Origin: Callorhinchus milii
Lineage: Eukaryota
NCBI RefSeq assembly: GCF_018977255.1
Contig: NW_024704743.1
Span: 87,546,001-87,610,000, forward strand
DNA: 64,000 nucleotides
Direction: 5' to 3'
The notes under the pieces were generated by a model, which had not been told where the DNA came from, made no database searches, and saw only the letters and a list, made by a program, of their open reading frames with translations. The position numbers and the translations under genes are program-made. Positions 13,909 through 23,995 of this stretch are shown here, piece after piece (within the stretch, counting starts at the first letter, position 1; each line of letters begins with the position of its first letter).

Positions 13909-14136
13909 CAACAACAAAATTCCATTTATAGAGTGCCTTTCACGTCGGGAGGATGTCCCAAGGCGCTGTACAGTTGGGTCAGGACCCGAGCAGGGGGGAA
14001 ATGGTCAGGGTGAGGGGAGGGAGGGAGCGAGGAGGGGGTAGAGAGTCGAGAGGAGCTGAAGGCACGGTCAAAGAGAAAGGTCTTGAGACCGGCCTTGAAG
14101 GAGGAAAGGGAGGAAGCAGCGAAGGCACTGGGGGAT
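13909..14136 (-). mobile_element. Young L2 3' end
   Basis: Reverse complement closely matches 17681-17907 and 46484-46780. Confidence 0.9.
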
Positions 14137-14334
14137 GAAGCCAGAGAACAGTATTTTGATTGACTGCTGCTCAGTTCCTTTTTTCAAAAATGTATTTTTC
14201 AAGTAAGTAATGCACAATATTTGATAACCTTAATGATATCACAACTTCAAGAGACCATAACTACTCAACACAACTAAATTCTCCAGGAAAAGTACAATGT
14301 AGATAGATGCTCTGGATCATATTCAGTCACAAAC

Positions 14335-14340
14335 CTGTGT
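14335..14340 (-). CDS. CIBAR1: CIBAR1 microexon 5 (6 nt, ACACAG = Thr-Gln)
   Basis: ttttcccttgataatccaacacag | ACACAG | gtttgt. Supplies the two residues (SQ in vertebrate FAM92A) missing between exons 4 and 6. Confidence 0.8.
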
Positions 14341-15091
14341 CTGTGTTGGATTATCAAGGGAAAAAGGTCTCAAAATTCTTAATATTAGAACAAGTAGACA
14401 TCAACAATTAAAGGTTACTCCAGATTTGTGACTTTTTATTCATGTAGTGTTGCCTTCCATTCACTTTATTTTGATAATGTGTGGAAGAAGAAAAACTTCT
14501 ATTCATAATTAATGCTTTATAGACCATTTGAATTAACAACCTTCTGACATAAAAGTTGAAAAGGCTAACAAGGCCAAGTTGTCATCTTAAAACTTCTTGC
14601 TACATTGACTATTGGTAAATACTGAAATACCAATCGTTTTGGTTGGTTAATACAATAATCATAGAAATGATATACTTTAATCCATACTTTAATCCATTCT
14701 ACTACCTCTCCCACAATTCCACAAGTTTGATTTTAATCATGAGCCTCTCGTGGCACTTTATCAAAGGCCTTTAAATCCAAATACACAATAATAATCCACT
14801 GTTTCTCTTGTGTACTTTATCGGTTACATCTTCAAAGAATTCAATCATGTTGGTCAAGCATGACCTTCCTTTTGTAAATCCAATCTGGCTGCTTGTAATC
14901 TCCAGATGTTTAGTTACTTCATCTTTTATCATGGATTCCAATATCTTGCCCACAACCGATGTTAAGATGGTTGGCCTAGTTTCCTGGATGAGCTCTATCG
15001 CCCCTTTTAAAAGTCATTCAGTGTGCAGGATTCAGCCTGGGAGAGTTTGTAATGCACTATATAAATGGACTATACGTAATGTTAAGGATAC
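14341..15091 (-). other. CIBAR1: U12-type (minor spliceosome) GT-AG intron of CIBAR1, 751 nt
   Basis: 5' splice site GTATCCTT; branch-point-like TTTTCCCTTGAT with the A about 14 nt from the 3' end; no polypyrimidine tract between branch point and AG. Confidence 0.85.
14700..14990 (-). mobile_element. CR1 LINE RT fragment inside the U12 intron
   Basis: GKILESMIKD...QIGFTKGRSCLTNMIEFFEDVT...KAFDKVP. Confidence 0.85.
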
Positions 15092-15193
15092 AATAATCTG
15101 CCGATCAGAAGGGTTCCTCTGCCGTATTCTTTCCACTTGAGCAGTTTGCTTTGCTTCACGTTTTCCAGCAGCTAAAGAAACCTTGAGTTCTTC
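15092..15193 (-). CDS. CIBAR1: CIBAR1 exon 4
   Basis: ccctcacag | EELKVSLAAGKREAKQTAQVERIRQRNPSDRQII | gtatcctt; 102 nt. Confidence 0.95.
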
Positions 15194-15501
15194 CTGTGAG
15201 GGATATGTTTAGGAAGTTTATTACGCAGATGCTTGGAAAAAGCCAATGCGCACACACGCAAAAAAAACATAACATACAATCAGCAAACTAATTTAGACCT
15301 AATTTCCTCCAAAATTGAGTTCACACCAGATTCATACCTGAAAATTTAAGTTGCATGGCTAAACATCAAAATCTATACCTAAAGGGACAGAAGACAGCAG
15401 GAAGTAGAGAGTTTTGTCATCCTCACAGAGAGGATGACAAAATTAAGTTTTGTTCTTACACAAGTTTATCAAAGGCTGATTGTAAAGATCCCAACATGCA
15501 G

Positions 15502-17907
15502 CTTTCTACCGCCCCTGGAAGAAGTTACCCCCACAATCCCTAACCGCTGCCTTGGAGTCCTCTGAACTCCTCTCCCTCTGGCCTTCATCCCTCACTGACC
15601 CCTCTTCTGCTCTCACCCTCCTCCACAACACCCTCTCCTCCACACTCAACACTCTTGCCCCCATCACCTCCCGTACTGTCTCTTACTCTCGCTCCTCCAA
15701 CTGGTTCACCACCTACCTGTCCACAAATACATAGTCAATTCATTTTACAGTATAGTCTGTGAAGCGCTTTGGGACGTCCTCCCGACGTGAAAAGCGCTAT
15801 ATCAAATGCAAGGATTATTATTATTACCTCCGCTCACTGAGGAGCCAGGTGCGGGCCGCTGAACGCACCTGCCTCAAATCTGACCTAACGGTCCACCGGC
15901 AAATCTGGCTGGACCTCCTCAAAATCTACTGCTCCACTCTAGCCTCGGCCAAGTCGTTCTTCTACTCCAGGATAATCCTGGAGACGAAGAACAACCCCAG
16001 GCTTCTGTTTTCTACCACAACCCGACTCCTCCATCCCCCCCGCCACCCCGCGCAGGTCATCTCCTCCAACCATCACTGTGAGGAGATGCTGGATTTCCTT
16101 GAATCCAAAATCAAGGGAATCCGCTCCGCGGTCACTGCCCCTCCACCTTCCACCCACCCCTTCCATCCCACACTCCGACTCCTACCCATCCTCCCCTACA
16201 CACCTTCGAACCTGTTTCCCCACCCTCTGTCACCAAACTCATCCTCTCCCTGAAACCCACCACCTGCTCCCTTGACCCCACCCCCACTCCACTCCTTATT
16301 TCTCAGCTCCACCTCCTTGCCCCACTTCTCACAGACATCATCAACCTGTCCCTCTCCTCTGGCTCTGTTCCCATTCCCCTCAAAACTGCCACCATCACTC
16401 CCACATTGAAAAAACCCTCCCTTGATGCGTCGCAGCTATCAAGCTACCGGCCCATCTCCAACCTCCCCTTCCTGTCCAAGGCCCTTGAAAGAGTTGTCGC
16501 CTCCCAGCTGCGCTCTTTCCTCTCCACCCGTTCATTATGTGAACCCCTTCAGTCGGGTTTCCGTGCTGCCCATAGCACAGAAACTGCCCTGGTCGAGGTC
16601 ACCAATGACATGTTGACCATCTGTGACCAGGGCTCCCTCTGCCTCCTCGTCCTCCTCGACCTATCGGCCGCATTCAATACGGTCGACCACTCTATCCTCC
16701 TCCACCGCTTGTCCTCCCACCTCAACCTTCAAGGCCTTGTAATTGAGTGGTTTAGGTCGTACCTCTCCCACCGTCTTCAGTTTGTTTCCACAAACGGCTT
16801 TTCCTCCAGCCCTCGCACTGTCTTGTGCGGTGTCCCTCAGGGCTCTGTCCTCGGTCCCCTCCTCTTCACCCTCTATATGCTCCCCCTTGGTGACATCATC
16901 CGCAGACATGGGGTTAACTTCCACATGTATGCGGATGACACCCAACTCTACCTTTCCTCCTCTACCCTCAACTCCACGACCACCGATGTCCTGACAGCTG
17001 CCTGTCTGACATCGAGTCCTGGACGAGAGACAACTTTCTTCAGCTCAATGTGCGCAAAACTGAGGCCCTCCTGATTGGCTCACGTCAGCGCCTCCGCACC
17101 TCAGGCGCTGACAGCATCAGCATCCAAGGCTGCACTCTCCACCTCTCAAAGCCGGTCAGGAACCTCGGGGTTCTGTTCGACCCTGAGCTGTCCTTTCTCC
17201 CCCACATCCGCACCACAACTGGCACCGCCTTCCATCACCTCCGAAACATCGCCAGACTACGGCACTACCTCACCCCTCACGCTGCTGAAACTCTGGTCCA
17301 CGCCTTTATCACCTCAAGGCTGGACTATGGGAACTCTCTCCTCGCCGGCCTTCCCGGCACCTCCCTCCACAAGCTGCAGGTCATTCAGAACTCTGCAGCT
17401 CGTGTACTGTCCCGCACCAGGCTTCGGGACCACATCACTCCCACCCTCGCTCACCTCCACTGGCTCCCCATCCCCCAGAGGATCGAATTCAAGATCCTCA
17501 TCCTCACCTGTAAGGCATTCACGGCCTCGCTCCCTCCTACCTCTCCGACCTACTATCCCCCTACTTACCTGCCCGTACCCTCCGTTCCTCCGGCTCCGGT
17601 CTGCTCCACATCCCCCGCCCCAACCGCCCTACCATCGGTGGCCGGGCCTTCAGCCTCTCAGCCCCTCGGCTCTGGAACTCCATCCCCCAGTGCCTTCGCC
17701 GCTTCCTCCCTTTCCTCCTTCAAGGCCGGTCTCAAGACCTTTCTCTTCAACCGTGCCTTCAGCTCCCCTCTCGACTCTACCCCCTCCTCGCTCCCTCCCT
17801 TCCCTCCCTGACCATTTCCCCCCTGCTCGGGTCCCGACCCAACTGTCCAGTGCCTTAGGACGTCCTCCCAACGTGAAAGGCGCTCTATAAATGAAATCTT
17901 GTTGTTG
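15502..17907 (+). mobile_element. L2 LINE (~2.4 kb, RT domain to 3' tail) with a nested SINE 3' tail at ~15719-15826
   Basis: [51 protein letters not shown] and YADDTQLY motifs; hairpin tail plus TTG repeats. Confidence 0.95.
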
Positions 17908-18173
17908 TCTTGTTGTTTCTGTACCTCACCAGGATAATGAAGAAACACCCAGCATCTGAATGCATTTTCTAGGTTGTATTAAATCGTTTGGTCTGATTGA
18001 CAAGCGTTCATAGACAGTAGCATTATCAAATATCCTTCTGTATCCTTACATTATTCTAATCTCAACTTGTTTCATTATATACTGTATTTACAATGGGAAA
18101 TCATATTGTAAAGACTTAGCAAAATGTGTTATGCTATCAGTGCAAGATACAGTTCACTATGTGTAATGTGTAT

Positions 18174-19120
18174 CAACAACAACAACAAGATTACATTTGT
18201 ATAACGCCTTCCACGTCGGGAGGACGTCCCAAGGCGCTGGACAGAGTACAGCATTTCAGACCTGAGCAGGGTTGGGGGGAGGGGAGGGGAAGGGGGGTGG
18301 CCAATAGCATGGTCAAAGAGGAGGGTCTTGAGATGGGACTTGAAGGAGGCTAAGGAGGGGGCGAGGCGGAGTGATTGGGGGATGGAATTCCAGAGGTTGG
18401 GGCAGAGTGGCTGAAGGCTCTCCCACCAATGGTAGGGCGGGTGGGTCGGGGGACGTGGAGCAGGCCAGAGCCGGCTGAGCGGAGGGAGTGGGCGGGTTGG
18501 TAGGGGGTTAGGAAGTCGCAGAGGTAGGGTGGGGTGAGGCCATGGAGGGCTTTATAATAATAATAATAATCCTTGCATTTGATAAAGCGCTTTTCACGTC
18601 AGGAGGACGTCCCAAAGCGCTTCACAGAACACACTGTAAAGTGAATTGACTGTATATTTGTGGGCGAACGCGGCAGCCAATTGCGCACAGCAATGTCCCA
18701 CAAACAGTCGTGGATTGAAAATGACCAATTTAATATTGTTTTTGGTTTTGGAGGGATTATTATTAGGTGTGTGGAGTAAGGAAACTTGCCCAAGGTTTCG
18801 CCCTGACCTGCCTGGAATTGAACTCAGGTCTCTCACTTGCAAAGCGAGTGCTCTAACCACTGAGCTACAGGACTCCACAGACTCAACAGGCTTTGTATGT
18901 GAGGACCAGGATCTTGAACTGGATCCTCTGAAGGATAGGGAGCCAATGGAGTCGGGCGAGAGTGGGGGAGATGGGGTCATGGAGTTTGGTGCAGGAGAGG
19001 ACATGGGCTGCAGAGTTCTGGATTATCTGCAGCCTGTGGAGGGAGGAGTTGGGAAGGCCGACAAGCAGGGTGTTTGCATAGTCGAGCCTGGAGGTGATGA
19101 AGGCGTGAACAAGAGTTCAA
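18174..19120 (-). mobile_element. L2 3' fragment interrupted by a full-length young tRNA-SINE (18554-18877, -)
   Basis: L2 sequence resumes after the SINE; GGCTTT occurs on both sides of the insertion. Confidence 0.9.
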
Positions 19121-19981
19121 TCTCAAAGTCAACCTCTGATATTTAAGTAAACATTACCTCTGAATCATTAATCTTTTGTTCCAGTCAAATGTGTTTAACA
19201 TTTTAGTATTAACCCATACTATTTCCCACCTGTGCCTACAATATACCATCACTACAATATATCCTGTGAAGCACTTTGAGGTGCTCTCCCAGTGTGCAAG
19301 GCACAATATCAAGTGTAAAGATTATTATTTATCCCAAGATATTAAGAAAACCAACACTGTTTTAAAACTGCCCTCATAGCAAAAATTATCCAACTGGGAT
19401 CTATACACCTTTTTCTGCCCCTGGCTAGTACTGTAATGTATCCTATAATTTCAACATCAAGCAAGTCATCTTGAAGCCAACTCAGTCTCAAGAAGAACCC
19501 TATTACCTTCCCCCAAGGAGGATAGTCACGATAGTCAAAAATTATGCATTAAAATTGAAAATAGGAACCTTTAATTACTAATTTGTGAAGTTTCTTTGAG
19601 GGGAAAGCTCTAGTTTTTGTGACGCTCATTAGGGTTAGTGGTAAGCTTCTTCGTTCAAACTATCCATTTTTAAAAAAAATTAACAATGTTAAGAAGTGGA
19701 GGGCATTTGGGCATGCTGTAATGTTACGGCTCCATCTAGTAGTAGAAACAAGTAATACAATAAAACAGAGAATTGACCAAGAGCATTTTCAACTTGTGTA
19801 GTTGTAACTCTAACGCTCAGTTTTCAAAAATCTATTTTGCAGCCTTCACTTACATTCGTATAGCACCTTTCACGTCGGGAGGACGTCCCATGGAGCTGGA
19901 CAATCAGGGATTTGGGTTATTGATGCAAAAACATTGGTATTTGATTTATTGGTACAGGTTTGCACCATTATATCATTATAA

Positions 19982-20347
19982 TGGAGTCCTGTAGCTCAGT
20001 GGTTACAACACTCGCCTCGCAAGCGGGAGACTTGGGTTCTATTCCCGGCAGGGTGAAATGTTGGGCAAGTTTCCTTACTCCACATGCCTGCTTACTTAGC
20101 AGTAGGTAGGAACATGGTTGATAGTTGATTGGCGGATCGCTTTTACAGGGAAAATAATCCCTAAAAAAACCAATAATAATTTGGTCACTCATCCACAACT
20201 GTTTGTGGTCACTATTGTGGGGAAATGGCTGCCGCGTTTCACCCACAAATATACAGTCAATTCACTTTACAGTATGTTCTATGAAGCACTTTGAGATGTC
20301 TAGAAGATGTGAATAGCGCTATATCAAATGCAAGGATTATTATTATT
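19982..20347 (+). mobile_element. tRNA-derived SINE, long (older) subfamily
   Basis: A box TAGCTCAGTGG, B box GGTTCTATTCC, CORE-like TTGGGCAAGTTTCCTTACTCC, hairpin tail and (TTA)n. Confidence 0.9.
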
Positions 20348-21239
20348 GTCAATTAATTTCCAAGTGTTGGCTGCATGCTAGTGGATAGTTGTTCAATGCC
20401 AAAACAAGCCTGAATTTAATACATTCTTAGTAAATATGAACAAAGTTGACAGGACTATTACAACAACAAATTACATTTGTATAGCGCTTTCACGTCAGAA
20501 GAAAGTCCTAAGGTGGTGCCTGGACAGTCAAGGATTTGAATCCGAGCTGATGGTTGGTATCAGGAGGGGTGGAGGACAGGGAGGGTAGGGCAAAGATTTT
20601 AGGTAGGAGACAGCCAGAGTAAAAAATAACAGGTGAGAGGGTGAACTAAAGACGATCAGTTGATTCAACTGAACATCTTGATTTAAAACATACTGGTAAG
20701 TATCAGCAGGGAAAAAAGGAAATTGTAGAGGAAAAGTATCAAGCAATAACAATAAAAAGGAGTTGAAGAGACCAAATCCAAATCTACATAGGAACCATGA
20801 AAGTTGTTTGCTATCCATGCAAAACACTGAGCATTTTTGAGGTCTATTTTTTCTTTCAAAAAAAGGAAAATATGGAAGGGGGAAATTGACAAAAGGGTAA
20901 ATTATAAGAAAATTGGAAATTTATTTTGGCACCTTCAAGAAAACAGATAAAACAAAACTTTTTTAAAAAAAAAATAACTTCACAGATCAACAGCAATATA
21001 TGCGATACTCAACCATTCTTTTGGTGTCAGCAGGTGTCTGACACATCATCAAGCTCAAGAGTATCCAAACCAAACCATGTATGTCATCTATGCACAATAT
21101 TTCCATACCTGGAGCAGAATGTGCATTCTCTAAACAGAGAGTTGGACCTTTACACAATTCTGGAGACTTAAGGACAAGTTGGCAAGAGCCAAGGTTGGGT
21201 GAAGTGTGTGAAGCTACTGCTGGAGCTTAACTAGCTAAA

Positions 21240-21294
21240 ACCTTGGCTCAGTGGTAGCGCTCTCGCCTCTGATTCAGATGGTTGTGGGTTTGAG
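21240..21294 (+). mobile_element. 5' head of a DeuSINE-like element; its body resumes at 34959
   Basis: CCTTGGCTCAGTGGTAGCGCTCTCGCCTCTGATTCAGATGGTTGTGGGTTTGAG is cut abruptly by the GT repeat. Confidence 0.85.
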
Positions 21295-21499
21295 GGGGTG
21301 TGGGGGTGTGGGGTGTGGGGTGGGGTGTGTGTGTGTGGGTGTGTGTGTGTGGGTGTGTGTGGGGGGTGTGTGTGTGGGGGTGTGTGTGTGGGTGGGGGTG
21401 TGTGTGTGGGTGTGTGTGTGTGGGGGTGTGTGTGGGTGTGTGTGTGGGGGTGTGTGGGGGGGGTGTGTGTGTGGGGGGTGTGTGTGGGGTGTGTGTGTG

Positions 21500-21530
<31 letters not shown>

Positions 21531-22486
21531 GGGTGTGTGTGTGTGTGGTGTGGGGGTGTGTGTGTGTGTGTGTGTGGGGGGTGTGTGTGGTGTGTGTGGG
21601 TGTGTGTGGGTGTGTGTGTGTGTGGTGTGGTGGTGTGTGTGTGTGTGTGTGTGTGGTGTGGTGTGTGTGTGTGTGTGGTGGTGGGTGTGTGTGTGGTGTG
21701 TGTGTGTGTGTGTGGGGGGGGGGTGTGTGTGGTGTGTGTGTGGGGTGTGTGTGTGTGTGTGTGGGGGTGTGTGTGTGTGTGGGGGGTGTGTGTGTGTGTG
21801 TGTGGGTGGTGTGTGTGTGTGTGTGTGTGGGGGGTGTGTGTGTGTGGGGGGGTGTGGTGTGTGTGTGTGTGTGGGGGGGTGTGTGTGTGTGTGTGTGGGT
21901 GTGTGTGTGTGTGGTGTGTGTGTGGGGTGTGTGTGTGTGTGTGGTGTGGGGTGTGTGTGTGTGGGGTGTGTGTGTGGTGTGTGTGTGTGGGTGTGTGGTG
22001 TGTGTGTGGTGTGTGTGTGTGTGTGGGTGTGTGTGTGTGTGTGTGTGGTGTGTGTGTGTGTGTGTGGGTGTGTGTGTGTGTGTGTGTGGGGGGGTGTGGT
22101 GTGTGTGTGGTGTGTGTGTGGGTGTGTGTGTGTGTGTGTGGGGGGGGTGTGGGGGTGTGTGTGTGTGTGGGGGTGTGTGGGTGTGGGTGTGTGTGTGGGG
22201 TGTGTGTGTGTGGGGTGTGTGTGTGGGTGTGTGTGTGTGTGTGGGGGTGTGTGTGTGGGTGTGTGTGTGTGTGTGTGGGTGTGTGTGTGTGTTGTGTGTG
22301 TGGGGGGGTGTGTGTGTGTGTGTGTGTGTGTGTGGGGGTGTGTGTGTGTGTGTGTGTGTGTGGGGTGTGGTGTGTTGTCCGTCGTGTGTGTGGTGTGTGT
22401 GTGTGTTGTGTGTGTGGGGGTGTGTGTGTGTGTGTGTGTGGGGGGTGTGTGTGTGGGGTGTGTGTGTGTGTGTGTGTGTGGGTTGT

Positions 22487-22522
<36 letters not shown>

Positions 22523-22596
22523 GGGTGTGTGTGTGGGGTGTGTGTGTGTGTGTGGGGTGTGGGTGTGTATGTGTGTGTGTGGGTGTGTGTGTGTGG

Positions 22597-22628
<32 letters not shown>

Positions 22629-22923
22629 TGTGTGTGTGGTGTGTGTGTGTGTGTGTGTGTGTGGGGTGGGTGTGTGTGTGGGGTGTGTGTGTGTGTGTGT
22701 GTGTGGGTGTGTGTGTGTGGGGTGTGTGTGTGTGGGTGTGTGTGTGGGTGTGTGTGTGTGTGTGTGTGTGGGGGTGTGTGTGTGTGTGGTGGTGTGTGTG
22801 TGTGTGTGTGTGTGGGTGTGTGTGTGTGTGTGTGTGGGGGGTGTGTGTGTGTGTGTGTGTGGGGTGTGTGTGTGTGTGTGTGTGGGTGTGTGTGTGTGTG
22901 GGTGTGTGTGTGTGTGTGTGTGT

Positions 22924-22957
<34 letters not shown>

Positions 22958-22982
22958 GTGTGTGTGTGGGTGTGGGGTGTGT

Positions 22983-23017
<35 letters not shown>

Positions 23018-23244
23018 TGTGTGGGGTGTGTGTGTGTGTGTGTGGTGGTGTGTGTGTGGGGTGTGTGTGTGGGGGTGTGGGTGTGTGTGGGTGTGTGTGT
23101 GTGTGGGTGTGTGTGTGGGGGTGTGTGTGTGTGTGGGGGTGTGTGTGGGGTGTGTGTGTGTGGGGGTGTGTGTGGGGGGTGTGGGTGTGTGTGGGTGTGT
23201 GTGGGGGAGTGGGTGTGTGTGGGTGTGTGTGGTGTGTGTGTGTG
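21295..23244. repeat. ~1.95-kb imperfect (GT)n / G-run microsatellite
   Basis: Almost entirely G and T, with irregular G runs typical of a low-quality consensus. Confidence 0.97.
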
Positions 23245-23249
23245 ATGAT

Positions 23250-23950
23250 GATTGGCCTCAGGTGGTGGCGGTACCGGTACCTCTTCCGGGCCTCCTGACT
23301 TTTGGGAGCACCGGCCTCCGAGTGTCCGGAGAACATGTCCGGGTGTGGGGCCCCGGGAGCCCGGGAGCCCGGGGGGCGGTGCTCGGGCGGCGCTCACTCG
23401 GGGCTGTGGGTCCGGTGTCCGGCGGTTACTCGGCTCCGGGGCTGTTCCTGGGGTTGGAGCCGCTCAGCCGCTGGTGTCGGGGAGGCCCCGCGCGGTGGTT
23501 TCCATGGCGGGCGGGACGGGCGGGAGGGGCGGGAATGACACCGGACTTGTAGCCCAAAGCCAACCAAACACGAGCCCAAAAACGAGCCCAATTCTTACGC
23601 GCCGCCTCTTGTACGGGTTTAGCAGAGCGGCCCCATCCAGGTTTGGCGCTTTTTTTTCGAATCCGTGTCACAAAAAGCTCTTCGAAAAGGGGAGAGAAAA
23701 CGTTTTTGCAGGTTTAAATGGGGGGGGCGGGGGGGAACACAAAAAAAGATTTAAAAAGTAGCCCCAAACCGTTTGCTCCCCCGCCCACAGCGACAGGAAA
23801 AAAAACAGCCCAATTGGGCGTGAACCCGCCCGACAGGGCCACGCGGCGCCGAGTTTGCTGTCAGTCAATCGTTGGGGGGCGGGGCCGACACACAGCCCCG
23901 CCCCCACCTCCACCCCTGTGTTGCTCTTCACACGTGGACCTCACCATCAC
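23250..23950 (-). promoter_or_regulatory. CpG-island promoter of CIBAR1 with GC boxes and an RFX X-box-like site
   Basis: High GC and CpG content; GGGCGG cluster at 23508-23533; CCCGCCATGGAAAC at 23498-23511 (-). Confidence 0.75.
23281..23336 (-). CDS. CIBAR1: CIBAR1 exon 1 coding part (out of order in this assembly)
   Basis: gacATG, MFSGHSEAGAPKSQEARK + AG | gtaccg. The phase-2 end completes an Arg with exon 2 (A GAC AAT), giving EARKR-DNQ, similar to the DARAR-DTQ I recall for fish CIBAR1. Lies in the only clear CpG island. Confidence 0.75.
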
Positions 23951-23971
23951 CAGACTGTCAGCCCTGGGGGG

Positions 23972-23995
23972 TTAGGGTTAGGGTTAGGGTTAGGG
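23972..23995 (+). repeat. (TTAGGG)4 short interstitial telomere-type repeat
   Basis: Four perfect units. Confidence 0.9.

Noticed and set aside
21231..23552. Five 660-750 aa ORFs (His/Thr/Pro-rich or Val/Cys/Gly-rich)
   Set aside because: Artefacts of the stop-free GT repeat; only the first 18 codons of 21231..23336 (-) are plausibly real, as exon 1.
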